From Gammaproteobacteria bacterium (lineage in GTDB: Bacteria > Pseudomonadota > Gammaproteobacteria > Eutrophobiales > Eutrophobiaceae): 64,000 nucleotides of DNA. The translations under genes were made by a program, and so were the position numbers. The notes beneath the pieces are model-generated. The model saw only the letters and a program-made list of their open reading frames with translations, did no database searches and was not told the DNA's origin. Of this stretch, positions 1 to 9,242 are shown piece after piece. How positions within the stretch are numbered: position 1 is the stretch's first letter; each line of letters begins with the position of its first letter. Where the stretch lies: the NCBI GenBank assembly GCA_963422205.2, contig CAXMWX010000001.1:224001-288000 (forward strand), given 5' to 3'.

Positions 1-319
1 AAGGGCATTGTTGCCCAGCGTGCCTTGGCCACATTAAAAAAGCCGTAAATCCGCCACCGGGACGACATCTCTACTGGCATTTTTACATGGGTATCCCGCA
101 CAGGTATTGTTGGATTTTTTGATCACCCGCCAGCGACCGTGGAACACCATTCAACGGCGCAGCATGTTAATCACAACGCCTTATCACATTTTATCAGACC
201 AACCGCCTGCCCCGATCTTCCTTAATTATCGTGTTGATTATCGTCTGCACCGGGCCGAGGAGGCGATCAGCCGACTTCCCCCGGATGCAATCCCCTTCAA
301 CCCCCGTTAATGCCTGTTG

Positions 320-940
320 ATGTCTGCCAACAAGCCGTTCTCACAGGCGTGTGAGAATAATAAATTGCCCATCCTCACAGTGTTGCAGCCCCTCTTTGCC
401 CACCTTAAAACCGTCCTGGAGATAGGCAGTGGCAGCGGCCAGCATGCCGTTTACTTTGCCGAAGCCATGCCCACCCTGCACTGGCAGACCAGCGATCTGC
501 CTGAAAACCATGCGGGGATTAAGTTATGGCTGGATGAGTCCGCTCTTGCTAACGTGGGCGCACCGTTGGCATTTGATGTGCGTTCCAGGGTCTGGCCAGC
601 ACAACAGTACGATGCGGTGTTCACGGCCAACAGCCTGCATATCATGGCATGGGAGTCGGTGCAGTTGATGCTGGGCCGCATTCACCAGGTGACTAATGAG
701 GCGGGCTATCTGGTCATTTACGGGCCGTTCAATTACGGCAATCACTATACCAGCGAGAGTAATGCGCGGTTTGATCACTGGTTGCAACAGCAAAACCCCG
801 ATAGCGGGCTTCGGGATTTTGAAGCCGTTGATGACATGATCAAACAGGCCGGCCTGACCCTGCATTTTGATAAAGCCATGCCAGCGAATAACCGGTTGCT
901 ATGCTGGCAAAAAAATGGCGGCGGCAGCTATGGCAGCTAA
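320..940 (+). CDS. DUF938 family SAM-dependent methyltransferase
   Basis: KPFSQACENNKxPI N-terminus, VLEIGSGSGQH motif I, YGPFNY..TSESNARFD, MPANN. Confidence 0.9.
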   Translation: MSANKPFSQACENNKLPILTVLQPLFAHLKTVLEIGSGSGQHAVYFAEAMPTLHWQTSDLPENHAGIKLWLDESALANVGAPLAFDVRSRVWPAQQYDAVFTANSLHIMAWESVQLMLGRIHQVTNEAGYLVIYGPFNYGNHYTSESNARFDHWLQQQNPDSGLRDFEAVDDMIKQAGLTLHFDKAMPANNRLLCWQKNGGGSYGS

Positions 941-1829
941 ACAGACTGAGAACCCGGATGAGGATTTGGGCTTCAGCAAGGCCTACTGGCAACAGGAGGG
1001 GGGTGGGCAGTGGGCCGAGCATGTCGACCGAATCGAAGCCGTGATGCAGGGGTTAAATGAGGTGTTGGTGGATGCGGCGGCGCCCAAAGCCGGTGAATCC
1101 GTCCTGGATATCGGCTGTGGTGGGGGGTTAACCAGTTTTGCCATAGCGCAGCGTGTCGGTGCTGACGGGCATGTGACCGGCGTGGATGTATCGCCCCGGA
1201 TCCTCGCTGTGGCGAAGCGACGCCATGCTGACCGGCTGCCGGTCAATTTTACCCTGGGCGATGCCGCCACTGCCGATCTTGGCAGGGAAAAATATGATCT
1301 CCTGGTCTCGCGTTTTGGCCTGATGTTTTTTGATGAACCGGTGGCTGCTTTGACCAACATCCGCAAGGCCATGAAAAAGAGCGGACGTCTTGTTGCGATG
1401 GTCTGGCAGGGGCTGGAGGAGAATCCGTGGCTGTCAGAGGCAGCCAAAACCGTTGCCGCCTTGCTGCCAGATGAGGATGGCAAGCAGGAATCCGGCCAGC
1501 AAGCCGAAGAGTATGCCCCCGGCCCGTTTGCCCTGGCTGATCCCGATTTTATCAGGGCCGTATTCAGCGCTGCCGGTTTCTCAAAGGTAGCGCTGGATGA
1601 TCTACACACCCGCATCACGCTGGGGCGTCTGGAATCAGCGGTGCAGTTTTTACTTGACATCGGCCCGGCAGCATCACAGCTACGTGATGCCAGCCCGGCA
1701 CGTATCGACAAAGCCCGTGTTGCACTTGGTCAGCTGTTGCAAGGCTATCAGCAAGGCCAGGACATCGTCATGCCGGCGGCAAGCTGGATAATCCGCGCCA
1801 GTCCCCAGGCATGTCCTCTGGACAGATGA
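930..1829 (+). CDS. Class I SAM-dependent methyltransferase
   Basis: VLDIGCGGG, GVDVS, SRFGLMFF, PGPFALADP; start taken at ATG 930 (alternative 915), overlapping the upstream stop. Confidence 0.85.
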   Translation: MAAKQTENPDEDLGFSKAYWQQEGGGQWAEHVDRIEAVMQGLNEVLVDAAAPKAGESVLDIGCGGGLTSFAIAQRVGADGHVTGVDVSPRILAVAKRRHADRLPVNFTLGDAATADLGREKYDLLVSRFGLMFFDEPVAALTNIRKAMKKSGRLVAMVWQGLEENPWLSEAAKTVAALLPDEDGKQESGQQAEEYAPGPFALADPDFIRAVFSAAGFSKVALDDLHTRITLGRLESAVQFLLDIGPAASQLRDASPARIDKARVALGQLLQGYQQGQDIVMPAASWIIRASPQACPLDR

Positions 1830-3606
1830 GGCCGAGGATAACCCAGCCGGGTTCCGGCTCTATGTTGCCGGTGTCTGTGAATATGTGCAGGCGGTGTTTG
1901 GAATCGAGGCCGAAAAGGGGGGTGCAGCGCTCCCGGTAGTTATACAAATAATCATTGAAGCTGAATGCGTCGCTTAGCTGTGTGGATTTGATTTCTGCCC
2001 CATGGCGCAGCCAGTCGGCCAGTCGGCCATAAGTCGCTGTTGTTCCGAATAAGGCTTGCCCGGAATGGCGGTCTGAAATACGGTGTTTGTCAGCGATATG
2101 ATTTTCACTGCTGGCGGTCAGTTTATAAATATTACTCACCCCGAATTCCGTTGCAAACCGGATACATGCCAGGGCATCAAAGTGAGTGCGGCCGGAGAGC
2201 GCCAGCATGTTGCCAATGCCACTTAAATCAAGATGCACATCGGCATGTTCGGATATCGGGTTGCCGTAATAGCAGTCCAGCCCATCCATGCGCGCTTGGC
2301 GGGTATTCTCCCAGTGACTGTCGGTCAGGATAACCTTGAAATGATTCTCTTGCAGTGCACGGGCTATGGCACGGGCAACATGGCCAGCACCGATAATCAG
2401 AAAACCGGTAGGGGCAGGCTCTCTGACATCCAGCCAGCCGGCCACCACTTTTGCCGTTGCGCTCTGAAACACCACGGTGCCGATGATGATCATAAACGTC
2501 AGCGGCACCAGCAGGGCGGCCTCTTGCTGTCCGGCTTGTTCCAGCCTGAAGGCAAAGATGGCGGCAACCGCCGCAGCGACTATGCCACGGGGGCTGATCC
2601 AGGAGAGCAGGCATTTTTCCTTAAAGCTCAAATCCGAGCCGATTGCCGAGAGAAACACCGCTAACGGCCGGGCGATGAACATCACCAGCAGCAAGACAAA
2701 CAGTGCTGGCCAGCCCAACAGGACAAGCTGGTCAATTTCAATGCGTGCGGCGAGAATGATGAACAGGCCGGAGATGAGTAACAGGCTCAAGCTCTCTTTG
2801 AAATCAAGAGTATCGCTGATGTCGGTATCTTTCATGTTTGCCAGCACCATGCCCATGATGGTAACAGCCAGCAGCCCGGATTCATGGGCAAGCAAATCGG
2901 CGCATACAAATACGGCGGCCACCAGAGTTAAGCTGAAGACATTACGCAAGTATTCAGGGATGAGGCGATGGCGCAGGACATAGCCCAGGGCCAGGGCGCT
3001 GATCGCCCCTGTCGCTAAGCCAACGGCCAGTATCCTGGCGAAGATGATGAGAGCATTCGTGAAGACCGGCGCACCTTGGGTTGCCACGATAAAGTCAAAC
3101 ACCAGCACGGCTAATAAGGCGCCCAGGGGATCAATCACAATGCCCTCCCAGCGCAGGATGCTGGCGATGTTGGCATTCGGCCTCACCGTACGCAACATGG
3201 GCATGATGACTGTTGGCCCGGTAACCACGATGACGGCACCAAACAGCAAGGCCAGCTTAAAATCAAACCCCAGCAGATAGTGCGTGCCAGCAGCGGTTAC
3301 TGACCAGGTAATCAGCGCCCCCAGGGTGAGAAGGTTACGCACCACCCGGCCCAGCCCCCTGATCTCATCCAGCTTCAAGGTCAGGCTGCCTTCAAACAGG
3401 ATGATGGCGACTGAGAGAGAGACGACCGGAAAGAGTAACTCGGCAAATAATACATCCGGCTTCAGCCAGCCTGACACCGGGCCGGCGATGATGCCGGCAA
3501 GCAGCAGAAACAGGATGGCCGGCAGGCGCACCACCCAGGCCAGCCACTGGCACAGGATACCGGCCACACCGATGGCGGCCAGCGAGAATAACACCTCTGC
3601 CTGCAT
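1768..3606 (-). CDS. CPA1/NhaP-type cation:proton antiporter with C-terminal TrkA-N (RCK) domain
   Basis: Many TM segments, LFEGSL, VTGPTVI, RWEGIVIDP, PRGIVAAA; IIGAGHVA in the C-terminal domain; 3' end overlaps the convergent gene by 62 bp. Confidence 0.9.
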   Translation of the reverse strand: MQAEVLFSLAAIGVAGILCQWLAWVVRLPAILFLLLAGIIAGPVSGWLKPDVLFAELLFPVVSLSVAIILFEGSLTLKLDEIRGLGRVVRNLLTLGALITWSVTAAGTHYLLGFDFKLALLFGAVIVVTGPTVIMPMLRTVRPNANIASILRWEGIVIDPLGALLAVLVFDFIVATQGAPVFTNALIIFARILAVGLATGAISALALGYVLRHRLIPEYLRNVFSLTLVAAVFVCADLLAHESGLLAVTIMGMVLANMKDTDISDTLDFKESLSLLLISGLFIILAARIEIDQLVLLGWPALFVLLLVMFIARPLAVFLSAIGSDLSFKEKCLLSWISPRGIVAAAVAAIFAFRLEQAGQQEAALLVPLTFMIIIGTVVFQSATAKVVAGWLDVREPAPTGFLIIGAGHVARAIARALQENHFKVILTDSHWENTRQARMDGLDCYYGNPISEHADVHLDLSGIGNMLALSGRTHFDALACIRFATEFGVSNIYKLTASSENHIADKHRISDRHSGQALFGTTATYGRLADWLRHGAEIKSTQLSDAFSFNDYLYNYRERCTPLFGLDSKHRLHIFTDTGNIEPEPGWVILGLICPEDMPGDWRGLSSLPPA

Positions 3607-3619
3607 GATCTGACGGGCG

Positions 3620-4840
3620 TCAGTCCAGCCGGCTGAATACCAGGCAGGCGTTAGTACCGCCAAAACCGAAGCTGTTCGACATCACCGTGTGCAGCCCGGC
3701 CGTATCAATGCGCGCTCTGACGATGGGCATGTTGGCTGCCTCGGGGTCGAGCTGTTCAATATGCGCCGATTTGCAGATAAAATCCTGTTGCAGCATCAGC
3801 AGGCTGAAGATACTTTCATTGACCCCGGCCGCCCCCAGGGCATGACCGGACAGGGCCTTGGTGGAGCTGATGGGCGGCGATTGCTCGCCGAATACCTGCC
3901 GGATCGCCTGCAATTCCCCGATATCCCCGGCTGGCGTGCTGGTGGCGTGGGCGTTGATATAATCTACCCGGTGCTTGACCGTTGCCAATGCCTGCTGCAT
4001 ACACCGGCTGGCGCCCTCGCCGGAGGGCTTGACCATATCAAACCCGTCTGAACTTGCACCATAGCCGGCCACCTCGGCATAGATGCGCGCCCCCCGTGCC
4101 CTGGCATGTGCGTATTCCTCCAGCACGATGATGCCGCCGCCGCCTGAGATCACGAAGCCATCACGGCTGGCATCAAACGGCCTCGAGGCGGTGGTCGGTG
4201 TCTCGTTATGCCCGGACGATAAGGCACCCATCGCATCAAACAGCAGGGTATCCGTCCAGTGCACCTCATCGCCGCCGCCAGCGAAGATGATCTTCTGCTT
4301 CCCGCTCTGGATGATCTCACAGGCATTACCGATGCAGTGCGCGCTGGTGGCACAGGCCGAGCTGATGGAGTAATTCACGCCCTGAATCTTAAAGGCAACC
4401 GCAAGACAGGCGCTGGCGGTGCTGGCCATAATTCGTGGCACCATGGTCGGGCCGAGTTTACGTGCGCCCCTCTGCCGCAGCGTATCGGTCGCCAGCAGCA
4501 TATTCGCCGTGGAGGTGCCGCCGGAGCCGACGATAAGGCCGATGTCGGGAGCGGAGATAGCCGCCGCATCCAGCCCGGCATCAGCGATGGCATCCTGCAT
4601 GGCAAGATAAGGATAAGCAGCCGCATCGCCCATGAATCGCCTTATTTTTCTGTCGATCAGCGTATCCAGGTCGAGCTGAATCGGCGCATGCAGGTGGGAG
4701 CGAAAGCCCAGCTCGGCATACTCGGGTGCGTAGATAACGCCTGATTTGGCCTGCCGCAGGGACCGGCTCACCTGCTCAAGGCTGGTGCCTATGCTGGATT
4801 TAATCCCCAGGCCGGTAACGACCACTCGTTTTAATGTCAT
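3620..4840 (-). CDS. fabB: 3-oxoacyl-ACP synthase I
   Basis: [17 protein letters not shown] catalytic Cys, [25 protein letters not shown]; lies downstream of fabA. Confidence 0.95.
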   Translation of the reverse strand: MTLKRVVVTGLGIKSSIGTSLEQVSRSLRQAKSGVIYAPEYAELGFRSHLHAPIQLDLDTLIDRKIRRFMGDAAAYPYLAMQDAIADAGLDAAAISAPDIGLIVGSGGTSTANMLLATDTLRQRGARKLGPTMVPRIMASTASACLAVAFKIQGVNYSISSACATSAHCIGNACEIIQSGKQKIIFAGGGDEVHWTDTLLFDAMGALSSGHNETPTTASRPFDASRDGFVISGGGGIIVLEEYAHARARGARIYAEVAGYGASSDGFDMVKPSGEGASRCMQQALATVKHRVDYINAHATSTPAGDIGELQAIRQVFGEQSPPISSTKALSGHALGAAGVNESIFSLLMLQQDFICKSAHIEQLDPEAANMPIVRARIDTAGLHTVMSNSFGFGGTNACLVFSRLD

Positions 4841-5024
4841 GTTGTTTTCACTTGTGCTTTGATGTATCAGGATTGCGCGCTGTCTTAACCCGTCTCTGCG
4901 GCGGTGTTCGCCCACACGCCAGGCACCGCATCGCCAATACGCCCCCGGTGCGTCTGATGCGCCCGCCGGCGCCCTGGCTGTCTGCCCCTATAATCTTGCC
5001 GTCACAGGCAGGGTCGGATGATCT

Positions 5025-5546
5025 CTAAAACCCATCGGCCTCCTTAAACAGCCCGACCCGCAGATTGCCGGCCATATAGATGGCCTTCCCATCGGCCTGC
5101 AGGATACCATCGGCAACCCCCATGATCAGTTTGCGTGTTATCACTCGCTTGATGTCGATCACGTAGCTGACGACTTTAACATCCGGTGTCACCTGTCCGT
5201 TAAATTTAATACTGCCAGCACCAAGCGCCCGGCCCTTGCCGGCGGCGCCAGTCCAGCCAAGATAAAACCCGACTAACTGCCACATGGCATCCAGCCCCAG
5301 GCAGCCAGGCATGACCGGATCACCTGCAAAATGGCAGTCAAAGAACCACAGATCGGCACGGATATCCAATTCGGCGATGATTTGCCCCTTGCCCGCCCGG
5401 CCGCCGTGATCGTTAATATCAGTGATGCGATCGATCATCAGCATATCCGGCAGGGGCAGCTGCGCGTTGCCCTCGCCAAATAACTGGCCGCGTCCGCAAG
5501 CCAGCAAATCGTCTTTGGTGTAACTGTTTCTTCTCTCATGCTGCAT
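5025..5546 (-). CDS. fabA: 3-hydroxydecanoyl-ACP dehydratase/isomerase
   Basis: [41 protein letters not shown]. Confidence 0.97.
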   Translation of the reverse strand: MQHERRNSYTKDDLLACGRGQLFGEGNAQLPLPDMLMIDRITDINDHGGRAGKGQIIAELDIRADLWFFDCHFAGDPVMPGCLGLDAMWQLVGFYLGWTGAAGKGRALGAGSIKFNGQVTPDVKVVSYVIDIKRVITRKLIMGVADGILQADGKAIYMAGNLRVGLFKEADGF

Positions 5547-5796
5547 GGGATCAGTATCTCATGTCGTTACGTATTTTTCCTGGCATCATCCTGTGGCCGA
5601 CCGCAGACGGTGATGGGATGATAAGCCGGGCCGGCTGAAAATCGTTGCAGATGGTAATCAACGGGATGGGTTTTCAGCATGAAATACCGGTAAGACCCGA
5701 AATACGGGCAAGCCCCGGCGCAGGCCGAATCGCTGTCCTTGACAGCTATCTGACTGGCGCTAGACTTAATGGCAGCCAAATCACCAGGTAACTTAT

Positions 5797-7023
5797 ATGT
5801 CGGAGACTATGCGGCCCATTGTCAGGCGCAAAAGCATGGCTGTCAATATCGGTGCTGTCACTGTTGGCGGGGCGGCGCCGATCGTGGTGCAATCCATGAC
5901 CAATACGGACACGGCAGATGTGGATGCGACAGTGAAACAGATACAGCAGTTAGCCGCCGCTGGTTCTGAGCTGGTCCGGCTGACGGTCAATAATGAACAG
6001 GCGGCCAGCCAGGTGGCGCCGATTCGCGACAAGCTGGATGCACTGGGCTGTGCTGTTCCGCTGATCGGTGATTTTCACTATAACGGCCATCAGTTGCTCG
6101 GCAAATACCCGGCGTGTGCCGAGGCGCTGGCCAAATACCGCATCAACCCCGGCAATGTCGGGTTTGGCAGAAAAAAAGACAGCCAGTTTGCCAGCATGAT
6201 TGAAACGGCGATTCGGTATGATAAGCCGATCCGAATCGGGGTGAACTGGGGCAGCCTGGATCAGCAGCTGGCCACCCGCATGATGGATGACAATGCAAAG
6301 CTGGCAGTGCCGCTCGATGCTGCTGCCGTCATGCAGGAGGCGCTCATCGTCTCGGCCATCAGCAGCGCAGAGAGGGCTGAACAGATTGGCCTGTCCAGGG
6401 ATCGCATCATCCTCTCATGCAAGGTCAGCGGTGTGCAGAAATTGATCGCAGTCTACCGGACGCTGGCGGTGCGCTGTGAGTATGCCTTGCACCTTGGCCT
6501 GACCGAGGCGGGGATGGGCTCCAAGGGGATCGTGGCCTCCACGGCGGCCCTGGCCGTCCTGTTGCAGGAGGGGATCGGCGATACCATCCGCATTTCCTTA
6601 ACGCCTGAGCCGGGCGGCGATCGTGCCAATGAAGTCCTTGTCGGCCAGCAGATTCTGCAAACCCTGGGCCTGCGCTCATTTACCCCGCTGGTCACCGCCT
6701 GTCCGGGCTGTGGCCGCACGACCAGCACGGTGTTTCAGGAATTGGCGGCCAACATCCAGGGCTATATTCGGACGCAAATGCCGGCCTGGCGGGAAAAATA
6801 CCCCGGTGTTGAAACGCTCAATCTGGCGGTGATGGGCTGTGTGGTCAACGGCCCGGGGGAGAGCAAACATGCCGACATCGGGATCAGCCTGCCAGGCACG
6901 GGCGAATCGCCATCTGCCCCGGTATTTGTCGATGGCAGGAAAGTCACCACACTGAAAGGGGCGACGATCGCTGAGGATTTTCGTGCTATCGTTGATGCGT
7001 ATATCGAACAACGCTTTGCCTGA
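5797..7023 (+). CDS. ispG: (E)-4-hydroxy-3-methylbut-2-enyl-diphosphate synthase
   Basis: [49 protein letters not shown]. Confidence 0.97.
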   Translation: MSETMRPIVRRKSMAVNIGAVTVGGAAPIVVQSMTNTDTADVDATVKQIQQLAAAGSELVRLTVNNEQAASQVAPIRDKLDALGCAVPLIGDFHYNGHQLLGKYPACAEALAKYRINPGNVGFGRKKDSQFASMIETAIRYDKPIRIGVNWGSLDQQLATRMMDDNAKLAVPLDAAAVMQEALIVSAISSAERAEQIGLSRDRIILSCKVSGVQKLIAVYRTLAVRCEYALHLGLTEAGMGSKGIVASTAALAVLLQEGIGDTIRISLTPEPGGDRANEVLVGQQILQTLGLRSFTPLVTACPGCGRTTSTVFQELAANIQGYIRTQMPAWREKYPGVETLNLAVMGCVVNGPGESKHADIGISLPGTGESPSAPVFVDGRKVTTLKGATIAEDFRAIVDAYIEQRFA

Positions 7024-7081
7024 CGGGCGGTCTGCCACGGCGACTTGCCGTTTTATGCTGGCGATGGCTACGTGGCCGAAG

Positions 7082-7125
7082 TGTGATCAGAACGTGACCA
7101 AAGTGTAACCAAAATGTAACCATTG
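7082..7125. promoter_or_regulatory. Four imperfect 11-bp direct repeats, putative response-regulator operator
   Basis: TGTGATCAGAA/CGTGACCAAAG/TGTAACCAAAA/TGTAACCATTG in the intergenic gap. Confidence 0.5.
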
Positions 7126-7209
7126 GGGGGCTGCCTGGCGGTTGCTGCTTGCTTATCCTTGCCAAGAGGCGGATGATTAAAGAGCACCTGTTGCCTGCAC
7201 TGTGCAAGC

Positions 7210-7231
7210 CTGGCTGACAACTGGCTGACAA
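7210..7231. repeat. Perfect 11-bp tandem repeat CTGGCTGACAA x2
   Basis: Read directly; followed by a G8 run at 7235-7242. Confidence 0.7.
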
Positions 7232-7255
7232 TAAGGGGGGGGCTGGTCAGAACTG

Positions 7256-8446
7256 ATGAATACATTGCGGCGATTGTCAAGCAGTCAAAAAGCCATACAG
7301 CAGGCCTGGCATGAGTTTGTTGTTGATGGTCGTTGTAAAACCCTTCCCCGGGAGCACATTTTACATGCCTGGCAGTGTGCTCGTGAGTGCGGTATCGATC
7401 CCGCCCGGATGCGCGCGCCCACTGTCTATGATGAGCAGCAGATTGAGCAGTTACTGCACACGGAAAATCTGGGTATTGTTGGCCGCAAGGTGCTGGAGAA
7501 GATGTCGGCCGTGGTGGAGGGGACAGGGCATGTGATGGTGCTGGCTGATGATAAAGGCAGGATCGTCTATTCAGTCGGGCATAAGAAAATACAGGGCGAG
7601 TTGGAAAAAATTAATTTCCGCCCCGGCGGTGACTGGTGTCAGTCTGTCGTCGGGCCGAATGGTATCGGCACGCCCCTGGCGCTGGCGCAACCGGAAAATA
7701 TAAACGGCAGCGAGCACTACTGCGCTGGCTGGAAGCCCTGGAACTGTTATGGATCGCCCGTGCATCACCCCGCCGATCATTCGCTGTTAGGCTGTATTGA
7801 TATTACCGGGCCGGTGCATGAATTTCAGTCCCAGGGCATGGCGCTGGTCGTCTCCATCGCCCAGACCATTGAAGCGGAATTGGCCCTACTGCACATGCAG
7901 CAAAGAGAAAAACTGCGGCAGTATTTTTATCATTTTCATCAGCAGCATCCCAACGACAGCGTGATGTTGGTGGATTCATGCGGGCAATTACTGGAACATA
8001 CCAGTGATATGCCCGATCTGCTGGGCTCAGAGCGCATCTCATCTGCACGCAGACAATTCAAACAGCCCTTCCCTGCATTGTGGCGCATCATGCAGACTGT
8101 GATGGAAGCCGGGCATGGCTGTGATGCCGAGATTGCAACCCATCACTATCCTTACCTGGATAAATGTACGCTGTTACCAGTGCAGTGTGATGCTGCCTGT
8201 AGCGCAGCGCTTGTTATCGTCACACGCTCCCCCATCAGCCAGTCCGAGGTCAGGCACACAAGCCCATCACCCATCACGCCGCTGTGTGCCGCACAGGATA
8301 ATCTGCAATCTATCAAAGATGATGTGATCCAGCAGGCACTGGAGAGAAACCGCGGGAATGTCAGCATGGCGGCCAGAGTCTTAGGGATCAATCGCAGCAC
8401 CATCTACCGACGCATGAAGCATCTCGCCAAGCCTTCAGGCCATTAG
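7256..8446 (+). CDS. AcoR-like GAF-domain transcriptional regulator with Fis HTH, no AAA+ domain
   Basis: GAF segment W.QSVVGPNGIGT.L...EHYC..W.C.GSPV; C-terminal GNVSMAARVLGINRSTIYRRM. Confidence 0.85.
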   Translation: MNTLRRLSSSQKAIQQAWHEFVVDGRCKTLPREHILHAWQCARECGIDPARMRAPTVYDEQQIEQLLHTENLGIVGRKVLEKMSAVVEGTGHVMVLADDKGRIVYSVGHKKIQGELEKINFRPGGDWCQSVVGPNGIGTPLALAQPENINGSEHYCAGWKPWNCYGSPVHHPADHSLLGCIDITGPVHEFQSQGMALVVSIAQTIEAELALLHMQQREKLRQYFYHFHQQHPNDSVMLVDSCGQLLEHTSDMPDLLGSERISSARRQFKQPFPALWRIMQTVMEAGHGCDAEIATHHYPYLDKCTLLPVQCDAACSAALVIVTRSPISQSEVRHTSPSPITPLCAAQDNLQSIKDDVIQQALERNRGNVSMAARVLGINRSTIYRRMKHLAKPSGH

Positions 8447-8652
8447 ATGCTGTCACAGCATTCGCTTAAATCGCAGAGGTGGATGCTCGGTTTCGTCTTT
8501 ATGCTACAATTCAATACCTTAAAAACCGTGCAGACAACCACACAAGCGAAACAAGCAACACAACCCCAACCCAACCAGCAACGCAGCCATGATAAAAACC
8601 TCAGCACCAACACCACTGCAACAATGAGATGATAACCCCATGAGCCCCCACT

Positions 8653-8958
8653 ATGAGCCAGGTCGCCTTTGGCACCCTGAAGTTTACCGAGACCCTGAAA
8701 CAAGCCGGTGTCTCCGAGCAGCACGCCAAAGCCGAAGCCATCGCCATTCAAGGCGCCTTTAGTGAGGCGCTGAATACGCAGGTGGCAACCAAAGAGGATA
8801 TCCATGAGTTAAGAACGGAGCTGAAAACCGACATTCACCGCCTTGAGCGGGGGCAGGACGAATTACGGGCAGAGCAGCGTTTACTGAAATGGATGCTCGG
8901 CTTTAACCTCATTATGACAACGGGTATACTCTGGAAGCTGTTCATCCCGGCAGGTTGA
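8653..8958 (+). CDS. DUF1640/CCDC90-like coiled-coil membrane protein
   Basis: AFGTLKFTETLKQAGVSEQHAKA, VATKEDI, heptad stretch, C-terminal KWMLG TM helix. Confidence 0.8.
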   Translation: MSQVAFGTLKFTETLKQAGVSEQHAKAEAIAIQGAFSEALNTQVATKEDIHELRTELKTDIHRLERGQDELRAEQRLLKWMLGFNLIMTTGILWKLFIPAG

Positions 8959-9143
8959 CCGGCACTTTCGAAAACAGCATCAAAGCAATACGGATGAACC
9001 CTACGCAAAGCCACATCACCGAAGAGAAAACCACCATGCGACAGACCACATGCCATACAACCCGGAACACCGTCCGCAGCCCGTTGACGGCCTGTGCAGT
9101 TGCCTGCCAAACTCTGCGCCTGCTTGTCAGACGCTGTTATCTA

Positions 9144-9153
9144 CCCCCCCCCC
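9144..9153. repeat. Poly-C (C10) tract upstream of the autotransporter
   Basis: ctaCCCCCCCCCCaag, followed by about 60 bp of AT-rich sequence. Confidence 0.85.
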
Positions 9154-9242
9154 AAGAAAAATAAAATAAAAACAAACACTTATTTTTACATAAACAAGTC
9201 TTACCTAAACATACATCCCCGCCGTCTTACTCCCCCGCCGCA

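Noticed and set aside
1-310. Short ORF 107-310 and possible gene fragments at the window edge
   Set aside because: No recognizable homology; insufficient sequence
1768-1829. 62-bp convergent gene overlap
   Set aside because: Short tail overlaps are common; no evidence of function
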